Shown here in pieces: positions 53,919 through 61,354 of a DNA stretch of 64,000 bases. The notes beneath the pieces are model-generated. The model did no database searches. It was given only the letters and a program-made list of their open reading frames with translations, and was not told where the DNA came from. The position numbers were made by a program, and so were the translations under genes. Every line of letters begins with the position of its first letter. The first letter of the stretch is position 1. This stretch comes from a virus, in IMG/VR virus record IMGVR_UViG_3300027852_000001, positions 1 to 64,000 of that record. One strand, given 5' to 3'.

Positions 53919-54296
53919 TTATTCATTAAGATGGGTAATGACTTCTCTCAACACCTGCTTTGTCGGTGAAACATAATCTTTAACGTTACACATAGCGACA
54001 GAGAATCCAGTTATGATCAATGCGATCGTCAGCACAACCATGCAAGTAGTTAAAATTTCTCTCTCATTTTTATTTTTTATATTTTTTGCTCCCCAAACAG
54101 AAACACAAAGACAAACCATACCCAAACAAAAAATTGCTATACCAATAATTATATTGTAAAATCCTAAAACAGCCGTTTCATGAACTACTGTTGTTGAAAT
54201 TTCTCCGACCTTTGATACAACAGGACTGGCCATACTTGCCAGGTCTTCAACTCGTTCTGCAAGATTGTTAACTACTGTGTTAATTGTGTTTTCCAT
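53919..54296 (-). CDS. membrane protein (multi-TM)
   Basis: 125 aa with GFYNIIIGIAIFCLGMVCLCVSVWG and MVVLTIALIITGFSVAM. Confidence 0.5.
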   Translation of the reverse strand: MENTINTVVNNLAERVEDLASMASPVVSKVGEISTTVVHETAVLGFYNIIIGIAIFCLGMVCLCVSVWGAKNIKNKNEREILTTCMVVLTIALIITGFSVAMCNVKDYVSPTKQVLREVITHLNE

Positions 54297-54306
54297 AGTT
54301 ATTTCC

Positions 54307-54567
54307 TTATCCTTCTGGGGTTCTCTGACATACCGGACACGGATGAGAGATACATTTTATTGTATGGCTTGCTGGTAGAACAATTTGTGGAGTTAGTTTT
54401 CCAGTTCCTCCATTTTGTCCAGATCCATAAGCATGGTCTATGTGAATGTCATTTATCGCAACAAATTTAGTTGCCCAATCCATTGAATAATATGTTGTTA
54501 ATTGCAGGACAACTTCAGCATCGTCTCCCATCCTTTCACACCATTCTCTAAGTTGTTTGGCAGTCAT
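54307..54567 (-). CDS. hypothetical protein
   Basis: 86-aa minus-strand ORF. Confidence 0.45.
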   Translation of the reverse strand: MTAKQLREWCERMGDDAEVVLQLTTYYSMDWATKFVAINDIHIDHAYGSGQNGGTGKLTPQIVLPASHTIKCISHPCPVCQRTPEG

Positions 54568-54575
54568 TGGTCTGT

Positions 54576-54995
54576 CTATCCAAAAATAGCTCTGAGATTG
54601 TCATTCATTTGTTGTTTGAGAAATTTGTCTACGTCTCTGGTTTGTTTATTCTTTTTACAGATGGTGTAGTTTTTTCTATTAAGCCAACCAGAAGAACCGT
54701 CATGCATTTCGCACAACACAATTCCATCTTTATCAACAACCATTATAACACCAACATCTTTTGAATCAATTATCATGATTTTATCACCAAGCTGTGGTGC
54801 ATCTTCAATCACTAAATATTCATGTGGCATTAAATAACAACTATGTCCACAATCCATTTGACACAATACTTCATCTTCGTGCTCATAGCAATTGCCTGGA
54901 TCAAATACAACCACCCCTTTATCTCCAGGAGTGAGATCTGAATTTGTTACTGCTCTCGAAATACTAATCTTGCATCCAACATCAGCCTTTGGCAT
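54576..54995 (-). CDS. paralogue family A protein (two tandem domains) with C-terminal ..DNLRxxFG tail
   Basis: Ends DKFLKQQMNDNLRAIFG. Start moved to MPKADVG (GGAGAA SD), because the track extension reads through tRNA-Leu. Confidence 0.55.
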   Translation of the reverse strand: MPKADVGCKISISRAVTNSDLTPGDKGVVVFDPGNCYEHEDEVLCQMDCGHSCYLMPHEYLVIEDAPQLGDKIMIIDSKDVGVIMVVDKDGIVLCEMHDGSSGWLNRKNYTICKKNKQTRDVDKFLKQQMNDNLRAIFG

Positions 54996-55019
54996 TTTAT
55001 TCTCCACTATAGATGTAAC

Positions 55020-55103
55020 TACCGAGGGAGGGACTCGAACCCTCAAACCCTTGCGGGAACGGGATCTTGAATCCCGCGCGTTTACCAATTTCGCCACCCC
55101 GGC
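55020..55103 (-). tRNA. tRNA-Leu(CAA): tRNA-Leu (anticodon CAA), class II with long variable arm
   Basis: 84 nt: GCCGGGG-UG-GCG/AAAUUGGUAAA/CGC-G-CGGGA/UUCAAGA/UCCCG-UUCCCGCAAGGGUUU-GAGGG/UUCGAGU/CCCUC-CCUCGGU-A. Confidence 0.9.
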
Positions 55104-55112
55104 TTATGTATC

Positions 55113-55472
55113 TTAATTGTTTAGTGGGTCTGGTCTGCAGTTTAGATTTCCATATGCTCGTTCGAAGAACAGTAGGGCTTGTTCGACATCACTTTCAGAC
55201 CTAGTTCCATGAAATGTCACTGTTGCCCATATAGACGTTTCCGTATTTAGGAAGTATAAGTCTGATTCAAACTCTACTTGATAATCAAGACCATTATTAA
55301 TTCTTGAAACGTCGTAAACGTGAGCATTAATGAAATACAACGTATTACCTGTAGAATCAATTACCCTGATTTGCCAATGAGATTCAGCGCCTGTGTGGTT
55401 GATTGGCATTTGCTGAGTATATTGACGGAATCCATTCCTAGATAATGCAGACGTTAGTTCTTCTTTTGTCAT
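55113..55472 (-). CDS. hypothetical protein
   Basis: 119-aa minus-strand ORF. Confidence 0.5.
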   Translation of the reverse strand: MTKEELTSALSRNGFRQYTQQMPINHTGAESHWQIRVIDSTGNTLYFINAHVYDVSRINNGLDYQVEFESDLYFLNTETSIWATVTFHGTRSESDVEQALLFFERAYGNLNCRPDPLNN

Positions 55473-55475
55473 TAC

Positions 55476-55754
55476 TTACTCCTCTGGACAATCACACCCA
55501 TTACATGGCTGCTTACAGGTTCCTTCACCATTCCATCCACCGCAGTGACAATTACATTGACACTCATCTTTATCATATGGGTCTGGATCATATACTGAAA
55601 TATGTGCTATGTTTTCTTTGAATTCATTTATATTGTTGTATGCCCACTCAATAGCTTCAAACTCGATATCCGGGCATGTTTCCGTTATAGGAACATCCTT
55701 GACTATGGTAAACCATGTTCTATCAGTTAGGGCAACTAGAAATTCTATTTTCAT
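55476..55754 (-). CDS. hypothetical protein with Cys-rich C-terminus
   Basis: 92 aa with CQCNCHCGGWNGEGTCKQPCNGCDC. Confidence 0.5.
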   Translation of the reverse strand: MKIEFLVALTDRTWFTIVKDVPITETCPDIEFEAIEWAYNNINEFKENIAHISVYDPDPYDKDECQCNCHCGGWNGEGTCKQPCNGCDCPEE

Positions 55755-55774
55755 TTTTGTTATTCAAACCGTAG

Positions 55775-56014
55775 TTATGAAGATTTTTCTACAATACTGC
55801 CACTTTTATCCAGTTGTAGTGGAATACTAGTGCTTATATGCCTATATTTTACCATAGTACCATCTGCTCTTATTCCAAGAATTGCTCCTCCGGGGATTTC
55901 TCTTCCTGAATGATCTACAACAATTAGATCAATTTTTCCTTCATCAAGACAATGAACTAATTTTAGTAGAGTTGGCTTTTCCAGTACTTTCTCATCATAA
56001 ATTTTAAGTCTCAT
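55775..56014 (-). CDS. hypothetical protein
   Basis: 79-aa minus-strand ORF. Confidence 0.45.
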   Translation of the reverse strand: MRLKIYDEKVLEKPTLLKLVHCLDEGKIDLIVVDHSGREIPGGAILGIRADGTMVKYRHISTSIPLQLDKSGSIVEKSS

Positions 56015-56037
56015 AAATTTATCTCCTTATTTTTAAT

Positions 56038-56111
56038 TGGGGGCACAGGGATTCGAACCCTGGACCTAACGATTATGAGTCGTTTGCTCTAACCAACTGA
56101 GCTACACCCCC
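56038..56111 (-). tRNA. tRNA-Met(CAU): tRNA with CAU anticodon (elongator Met, or Ile2 if lysidinylated)
   Basis: 74 nt: GGGGGUG-UA-GCUC/AGUUGGUUA/GAGC-A-AACGA/CUCAUAA/UCGUU-AGGUC-CAGGG/UUCGAAU/CCCUG-UGCCCCC-A. No initiator features (paired 1:72, no GGG/CCC anticodon stem). Confidence 0.85.
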
Positions 56112-56137
56112 TCTGTCAAATAATCTTCGTCGAAGAT

Positions 56138-56233
56138 TCACTCACCAACTCGGCGACAAAGACGGCAACCCATAACAATAAAGAAACTAGCCAGGAACCA
56201 ACTGCCTCCAACACCCATTGTAATAGCCAGCAT
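56138..56233 (-). CDS. possible 31-aa membrane peptide
   Basis: AAGGAG SD six nt before the ATG. Hand translation: MLAITMGVGGSWFLASFFIVMGCRLCRRVGE. Confidence 0.35.
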   Translation of the reverse strand: MLAITMGVGGSWFLASFFIVMGCRLCRRVGE

Positions 56234-56269
56234 TGCTGTTCTCCTTAGATTGAATAGGACCTATGAAAT

Positions 56270-56623
56270 TTAGAAATATTTCGAATAGAATTCCTGAACA
56301 CCAATTCCATCATCTGAATTATCGAGGAAAACAAAGAACCTAATTGCACCTCCAGTAACACTTATTAGGTGATCAATTACCTTTTTCTGTTCTCGCTTAT
56401 CGTCTGTTCTGAAACAAATACTTCCTTTACCTTGATCTTGGCTGATCCTTCCACTAGCAACAAGGGTTTCATCATAGGCTTGTGCTCCCCGATGAAATTC
56501 ATCTTGAAATCCAGGTTCTGACTCCTCATAGTATGAATCTCCGAAGTATACCCATGCTACATCATCATCATTCTCATGACCAATACTAAGGTAGTCATTA
56601 TATACAATTGTCGAGGTTTTCAT
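56270..56623 (-). CDS. hypothetical protein
   Basis: 117-aa minus-strand ORF. Confidence 0.5.
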   Translation of the reverse strand: MKTSTIVYNDYLSIGHENDDDVAWVYFGDSYYEESEPGFQDEFHRGAQAYDETLVASGRISQDQGKGSICFRTDDKREQKKVIDHLISVTGGAIRFFVFLDNSDDGIGVQEFYSKYF

Positions 56624-56682
56624 TTATTTATAGACCTTTTTGGAAACACTGATACAATCAAGAAGAATCTACTTCTTTAGAG

Positions 56683-56961
56683 TTACATATTAAAGTTTGC
56701 CATTTCTTTCATCAAGCATTCTTCGTGGTTACTAAGCACAGTTTTTGCAATTTCTACCGCATCTTCTTGTGCTTTTTCTAAAGACTTATTCCTGTCTCAA
56801 TATGTTGTGTGTTGGTCCATTTTTCCGTACATAACGCACGGTAACCAACAAATTTTGCCACGCTTTATGAAAGGGATACAACTTAATCTCAGAGATCCAA
56901 CGATAGCCTCTGAATAATCACAATCACCCGTGCTCCATGTTGTCCATCTAATGGATTTCAT
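56683..56961 (-). pseudogene. 92-codon reading frame interrupted by one in-frame TGA (nonsense pseudogene or recoding site)
   Basis: Hand translation: MKSIRWTTWSTGDCDYSEAIVGSLRLSCIPFIKRGKICWLPCVMYGKMDQHTTY-TGA-DRNKSLEKAQEDAVEIAKTVLSNHEECLMKEMANFNM. TGA lies at 56799..56797. The second part has no start codon of its own. Confidence 0.4.
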
Positions 56962-57009
56962 TATGAATTCTTTTTCCTACTATTTTATCCAAAAACACTT
57001 CTGAGGTTG

Positions 57010-57225
57010 TCATCCAGTTGTCTGTGTAATAATTCCTATAATTATACAGACGAATAGTATTGCAGCTAGTACAATAATTAACCTACCAACAAAACCCTCA
57101 TCCCACCCATTGCATAGATCATTCTTGAATGAATTAAATGCTAACCCAGATATAACACCAAGTACGGATAGACAAAAAATTGCTACGATGATTGCAGCGA
57201 CCCACATTGCGATTGAATTTACCAT
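57010..57225 (-). CDS. small membrane protein (2 TM)
   Basis: Start moved to MVNSIAMWVAAIIV. The ATG at 57225 shares one base with the upstream TAA. Confidence 0.5.
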   Translation of the reverse strand: MVNSIAMWVAAIIVAIFCLSVLGVISGLAFNSFKNDLCNGWDEGFVGRLIIVLAAILFVCIIIGIITQTTG

Positions 57226-57476
57226 TATTCCAGACCGCTTTCCGTCAAGATATCTTTCATGTATACCCAATCGGTAATTTCAAAACACGTAACAGTATCC
57301 GTAGACGGGTCTCTCCAGGACCGTACTGTTGCCGATATTTTTGTGTCGAAGTATTCTGCCAGACAGAGTATGTGTAGTTGATCGTATTTGTTTTTACACA
57401 GACACTCGGGACTATATATGCCATATCTGCTGCTGACGAGTTTGGGAAGTCCGTCTTTAGTTTTTGTCCACTTCAT
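57225..57476 (-). CDS. hypothetical protein
   Basis: 83-aa ORF preceded by a GGAGGA SD. Confidence 0.5.
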   Translation of the reverse strand: MKWTKTKDGLPKLVSSRYGIYSPECLCKNKYDQLHILCLAEYFDTKISATVRSWRDPSTDTVTCFEITDWVYMKDILTESGLE

Positions 57477-57477
57477 G

Positions 57478-57651
57478 CTATCCTCCGTACTTATTGACTA
57501 AATGGGAGATAATTCCAAATATGATTACTGTTATTGCGCCGACACATAAACCTATTGTAATTCCAGTTCCTGGTGCAAAAAACAGAGACAATGTGAAAAC
57601 TAAGAAAAATACAGAATAGCAAACTAAACAAATAAAACGATATGGAGACAT
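57478..57651 (-). CDS. small membrane protein (2 TM; replaces track ORF 57491..57697)
   Basis: Hand translation in another frame: MSPYRFICLVCYSVFFLVFTLSLFFAPGTGITIGLCVGAITVIIFGIISHLVNKYGG. Its 3' end carries the SD of the next gene. Confidence 0.5.
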   Translation of the reverse strand: MSPYRFICLVCYSVFFLVFTLSLFFAPGTGITIGLCVGAITVIIFGIISHLVNKYGG

Positions 57652-57710
57652 TACGTACCACCCGAACTAAACAAACAGATTTTATTCCAACAACCATAAA
57701 AAAATATAGA

Positions 57711-57801
57711 GAGTGGGTCCGTTAATGAGAGTGGGATTCGAACCCATCACTCAACTACCCAACGAAGCAATTGAGAGCCACCAAGGAATCTCGACCCACC
57801 C
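57711..57801 (-). ncRNA. tRNA-like element with non-canonical acceptor (possible tRNA pseudogene or tRNA-like RNA)
   Basis: T-arm UGGG-UUCGAAU-CCCA. The outer 9-bp helix GGGUGGGUC/GACCCACUC is separated from it by UCUCAUUAACG. There is also an inner CUCAA...UUGAG arm. No 7-nt anticodon loop found. Confidence 0.35.
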
Positions 57802-57814
57802 CCTATATTTTAAA

Positions 57815-58009
57815 TCAAACACCGACGAAAGGTTTGATTACTTCGATACCAAAACGATAGGCTTCAAGTACCACATGAAGAAGCGTATCACCGGTAACTA
57901 GGATACTCAATCCCTGAACTTCAAGGACGAATTCATCATGATCTTTCATAGCCACCACGGTGATATTACCAAAATATGTATTTCCGTTGTGGATTACTCT
58001 AATTGTCAA
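57815..58009 (-). CDS. hypothetical protein
   Basis: 64-aa minus-strand ORF. Confidence 0.4.
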   Translation of the reverse strand: MTIRVIHNGNTYFGNITVVAMKDHDEFVLEVQGLSILVTGDTLLHVVLEAYRFGIEVIKPFVGV

Positions 58010-58019
58010 TTTAATTTTC

Positions 58020-58250
58020 CTATAGACAGGTTAATTCAGATACTGCTACGTGGTCTCTGTTCGGATTGGCGTTACAGTTTCCATTAAATCCTTCGTTGTC
58101 GTCATCCCACCTCACAGTTACCATCAAACGAGCCGCTGGGTGTGATCTCCATGGTTCACCCATAGCTGTGCCTACCATAAACCCTCGACGTACCCTACTT
58201 CCCCTTTGGATGTGGATAGTTTGTGACTTTATCTTTTTCATTCTCGCCAT
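58020..58250 (-). CDS. hypothetical protein
   Basis: 76-aa ORF. Start uncertain (56-nt overlap with the upstream ORF). Confidence 0.4.
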   Translation of the reverse strand: MARMKKIKSQTIHIQRGSRVRRGFMVGTAMGEPWRSHPAARLMVTVRWDDDNEGFNGNCNANPNRDHVAVSELTCL

Positions 58251-58482
58251 GTGTTTTTCCGAAATTTATTAGGTCCAACAATAGCTTTGTTGGGTGGTAG
58301 AAAATATGGCATTGATAGCTATATTCCCCCCAATGTCTGTGTGATGCATCAGTAAGTGAATCCCAATCTGACGTTTTCTTTACCTTGGATAGAAAGAACC
58401 GCAATATTTTAATTTCTGCTGAAGGCCCCTCAATTTCTTCTTGCTTATCTAGCCGTTTTGTGATACGTTCTCTGATGTTCAT
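58195..58482 (-). CDS. hypothetical protein
   Basis: 95-aa minus-strand ORF. Confidence 0.45.
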   Translation of the reverse strand: MNIRERITKRLDKQEEIEGPSAEIKILRFFLSKVKKTSDWDSLTDASHRHWGEYSYQCHIFYHPTKLLLDLINFGKTHGENEKDKVTNYPHPKGK

Positions 58483-58491
58483 TTTTGTTAT

Positions 58492-58779
58492 TCATTCATT
58501 AACTGATCTTTGTACGTCATCTAGGGTTGTGGTTCTATCTCCATCTTTGACCATCATTAGCCAAATTTTAGCAGCCGACTCCCTAGAATTCCAATTAGCT
58601 GTTCCCATATGTTCTACAGCTTCAATAGCTGCATCGAACATTTCTTCTACTGTGGCACAATTTTCAGGGGTAATTTCCCTAATTTTGTTAGCCAACCTAG
58701 GCAAGACGTCATTGGCGAATTCGTGGTTTTTGACGTTTACTGCCCATTGATCCACAAGTGCTGCTATTTTCCTCTGCAT
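58492..58779 (-). CDS. hypothetical protein, paralogue family B
   Basis: ITPE..MFDAAIEAVEH...AAKIWL...DDVQRS is shared with 60277..60636. Confidence 0.5.
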   Translation of the reverse strand: MQRKIAALVDQWAVNVKNHEFANDVLPRLANKIREITPENCATVEEMFDAAIEAVEHMGTANWNSRESAAKIWLMMVKDGDRTTTLDDVQRSVNE

Positions 58780-58797
58780 TGTGCGTTACTCACAATA

Positions 58798-58995
58798 TTA
58801 GTCCAGTGTTTGCTCAATCTTTTTTGGGTTGATTTGTTCCCGAGTTGCCTTTACTGTTTGCCAGATCAGAAATGATTCTAGCATCGACAACCCACATCCA
58901 CACCTAAGCAGTGTGTGCATTTCAGCTGTATTAATATTTGCTAGGTCAGCATTTCCAAGGGCTTTTGTGACCTTTTTGATTGTGTCTAATTCCAT
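58798..58995 (-). CDS. hypothetical protein
   Basis: 65-aa minus-strand ORF. Confidence 0.45.
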   Translation of the reverse strand: MELDTIKKVTKALGNADLANINTAEMHTLLRCGCGLSMLESFLIWQTVKATREQINPKKIEQTLD

Positions 58996-59067
58996 AATAA
59001 TTATTCCCTTTGATTAGAATAATGCGAAAAACACCTCCAAGTTTTCGCAGAGAGGGCAGACGTTGGA

Positions 59068-59514
59068 CTACTTTCTCAGTCTGTTAAATCGCATATTTTG
59101 TAGTCGGTTAAAATCTTCCTCTTGACTGGTGCTGTGCATTTTCACTGGAGGCTTACTCGAAACCTGTTTGTACCAGACTATCCGTCCACGATCTGGGAAT
59201 CCAATGAAATCGTTATCCTTGTGGTAATATCCGTTTGAACCATGCTTGTCCATTAGTACTAGAATGTGGTCAAAATAATCAGCAAGCAACGCTGCTGCCA
59301 TTTCTCTGGTCAAACCACCATCGACAAGGTCTTCTTCCGTGAGGCCCCTTAGATCGATTTTTACGGCTTCTCCGATTACTGGAGTTTTTACTTTTACCCT
59401 CCACGGAAACGCATTAGCCATTGGAATTACGACAGGATCATCAATTGTTGTGTGTGAAAACATTTTATTACTACAGCCACCACAACATTTATCGCAATTT
59501 TCACACATTTTCAT
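59068..59514 (-). CDS. hypothetical protein with N-terminal Cys cluster
   Basis: 148 aa with MKMCENCDKCCGGC. Confidence 0.5.
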   Translation of the reverse strand: MKMCENCDKCCGGCSNKMFSHTTIDDPVVIPMANAFPWRVKVKTPVIGEAVKIDLRGLTEEDLVDGGLTREMAAALLADYFDHILVLMDKHGSNGYYHKDNDFIGFPDRGRIVWYKQVSSKPPVKMHSTSQEEDFNRLQNMRFNRLRK

Positions 59515-59518
59515 TAAC

Positions 59519-59728
59519 TTAATAATTTTTTCCGTCGATTGTTTTGTTCTGTATAATACTCATCATCCTAGATACCTCATGTATTTCTTCCGTCGTAGCT
59601 GCTGATACTAACATAAATCGCCACACCGAGTCATTGTCTTGATAAATACATCCAAACCTATCTAATCCATCAGGCTGGTTGTATCGATGTACTCCGATAT
59701 ATGTAGACCCTTCTATAGAGAATACCAT
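59519..59728 (-). CDS. hypothetical protein, paralogue family C
   Basis: 69 aa. See 50502..50729. Confidence 0.45.
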   Translation of the reverse strand: MVFSIEGSTYIGVHRYNQPDGLDRFGCIYQDNDSVWRFMLVSAATTEEIHEVSRMMSIIQNKTIDGKNY

Positions 59729-59737
59729 ATTGTCCTC

Positions 59738-60046
59738 CTACCCAAATACACTTCGTAGATTATCGTTCAGTTGACGCCTCAAAGACTCGTCGGTGTCGAT
59801 ATCATCCCTTTTTGTGTCCTGCATCCCACTTTGTTCGCAAACTACATAGGAATCAAAGACAAAACGTCCGTAGTTTCCACCATCGTACAACACCCACGCA
59901 TCTGGTTGTCCTGTATCAAATTTTGTGTTTTTGTATTTTAATGGAAATTCGATAACAGTGAATTGTTCTCCGAAATATGCATTACCAGAATCTATGATTT
60001 CTATAGTATCACCAGGTTTCGCCACTACTTTTTCTTGTGTTCCCAT
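59738..60046 (-). CDS. paralogue family A protein with C-terminal ..DNLRxxFG tail
   Basis: Ends DESLRRQLNDNLRSVFG. Confidence 0.55.
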   Translation of the reverse strand: MGTQEKVVAKPGDTIEIIDSGNAYFGEQFTVIEFPLKYKNTKFDTGQPDAWVLYDGGNYGRFVFDSYVVCEQSGMQDTKRDDIDTDESLRRQLNDNLRSVFG

Positions 60047-60075
60047 GTTGCTTTATATCATTTTGACAAAATACA

Positions 60076-60276
60076 CTAGCTTTCCACCGATTCCGCATTC
60101 CAGTTAAATCGGATTGGTCCTATGGATAGTTCGTCATCAATCACTATTCCGTCTAAACGTTTCATTTTTATACGGAAGTAGAATAACCCAATAATTGCCC
60201 AGCCAAGATCTTTAATACGTATCCAGAAAAATGTTGGACAATACGAGATTGTGTATCCTTTGATTTTTAATAGCAT
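60076..60276 (-). CDS. hypothetical small hydrophobic protein
   Basis: 66-aa ORF whose stop abuts the upstream gene. Confidence 0.4.
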   Translation of the reverse strand: MLLKIKGYTISYCPTFFWIRIKDLGWAIIGLFYFRIKMKRLDGIVIDDELSIGPIRFNWNAESVES

Positions 60277-60636
60277 TTAACTACGTCCCCTGTCGATGTC
60301 TCTCTGAATCTCATCTATTGACTTAGAACAGTCATCGTAGTAGATACTTCGTAGCCAGATTTCCGCTGCTTCTCTCTTCTCGGGAGAACTGACCAAATAC
60401 TCCATGGCTTCAATTGCTGCTTCAAACATAGTCTCCGGGGTTATTCCACCACAGGTCATTTCCTTCACATCTTCAATATCATCTACGTGGACGTTTTGAA
60501 GATTTTCTACTCGAAAAGGAATATTATCAGCATCCGACTGATTCCATAGATTGCGGTTCCATGGATTGTTGAGAAGAGTTTGGTTGGTTTCCAGAATTCC
60601 TTCGATGACTAGTCGCACTCTAAATCTTCGTCCCAT
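60277..60636 (-). CDS. hypothetical protein, paralogue family B
   Basis: ITPETMFEAAIEAMEY...AAEIWL...DEIQRD. Confidence 0.5.
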   Translation of the reverse strand: MGRRFRVRLVIEGILETNQTLLNNPWNRNLWNQSDADNIPFRVENLQNVHVDDIEDVKEMTCGGITPETMFEAAIEAMEYLVSSPEKREAAEIWLRSIYYDDCSKSIDEIQRDIDRGRS

Positions 60637-60648
60637 CTTTTGTCTCCT

Positions 60649-60870
60649 TTATCCGTTTGGGTAATTTTGATTAAGCCAGGTAAGGTTATTTTTAACCCAT
60701 TTTGTTGCATATTCACCTAGACGAATTCCATCTGCTGTACTAAAAAACCATGTTTGTGATTCTTTCCTGTACTCTAAAATGCCAACCATGATTCGTTCAG
60801 AATCTGATGTAATCATACAACTAAATGGATATCCGTCCATCTCAACTACTGAATCTATATACAAAATCAT
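60649..60870 (-). CDS. hypothetical protein, paralogue family C
   Basis: 73 aa and first gene downstream of the repeat-rich intergenic region. Confidence 0.45.
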   Translation of the reverse strand: MILYIDSVVEMDGYPFSCMITSDSERIMVGILEYRKESQTWFFSTADGIRLGEYATKWVKNNLTWLNQNYPNG

Positions 60871-60977
60871 TGTTTTTACCCCCTTAAGGGACTATACTGT
60901 AGTTTGAGGTATTACACGGCGCTAGCTATTGTTGGGTACAAAATTTATCGTTGTTTTTTGTAGGTTGCGCTGTGTTA

Positions 60978-61012
60978 CCCACTTACTCCCACCATCTCCC
61001 ACTACGACCCAC
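60978..61012. repeat. four CCCAC motifs at exact 10-bp spacing
   Basis: CCCAC at 60978, 60988, 60998 and 61008 (taCCCACttactCCCACcatctCCCACtacgaCCCACta). Confidence 0.8.
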
Positions 61013-61212
61013 TAATAGGTACAGAATCGTATATAGGAAGTAAACTGGCTATGGTGAGGTGCTGGACTTGCAGTAGCTTGACTATTAACCATGTTGTGCC
61101 GGAATCGTTGATATTGATAGTAATAATGCGGTTTTTGCACGACACACAAGGTAGGTTAGATTATGTCTTTACTACAACAATTAACCCCTAACAGTATACA
61201 CAGATACCAACA

Positions 61213-61230
61213 GGAGAGGGGAGGGGGCGG
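61213..61230 (+). other. G-tract (GGAGAGGGGAGGGGGCGG)
   Basis: Read directly. An unusual G-run for this AT-rich genome. Confidence 0.6.
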
Positions 61231-61296
61231 ATCTTGTAGTTTTTTTTGTACCTGAAGCCCACACACACCAAGACTACTACAAAAAACCCCGAAACC

Positions 61297-61346
61297 TTGT
61301 AGGCGCGCCGGGATTCTTTGTAGGAGCCCATAATATATTTTGTAGG
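61297..61346. repeat. three TTGTAGG direct repeats phased at 21-22 bp (further copies and variants elsewhere in the spacer)
   Basis: TTGTAGG at 61297, 61318 and 61340. Another exact copy at 60958. Variants TTGTAGT at 61234 and TTGTACC at 61246. Inverted CTACAA at about 61173 and 61278. Confidence 0.8.
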
Positions 61347-61354
61347 GGTGATAA

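Noticed and set aside
54996-55097. N-terminal 34 codons of track ORF 54576..55097 (MAKLVNARDSRSRSRKGLRVRVPP...).
   Set aside because: This stretch is the antisense-free read-through of tRNA-Leu (55020..55103). A good SD plus ATG exists at 54995.
57491-57697. Track ORF 57491..57697 (68 aa, MVVGIKSVCLVRVVRNVSISFYLF...).
   Set aside because: Another frame (57478..57651) gives a clean two-TM protein. Its stop abuts the next ATG and its 3' end supplies that gene's SD.
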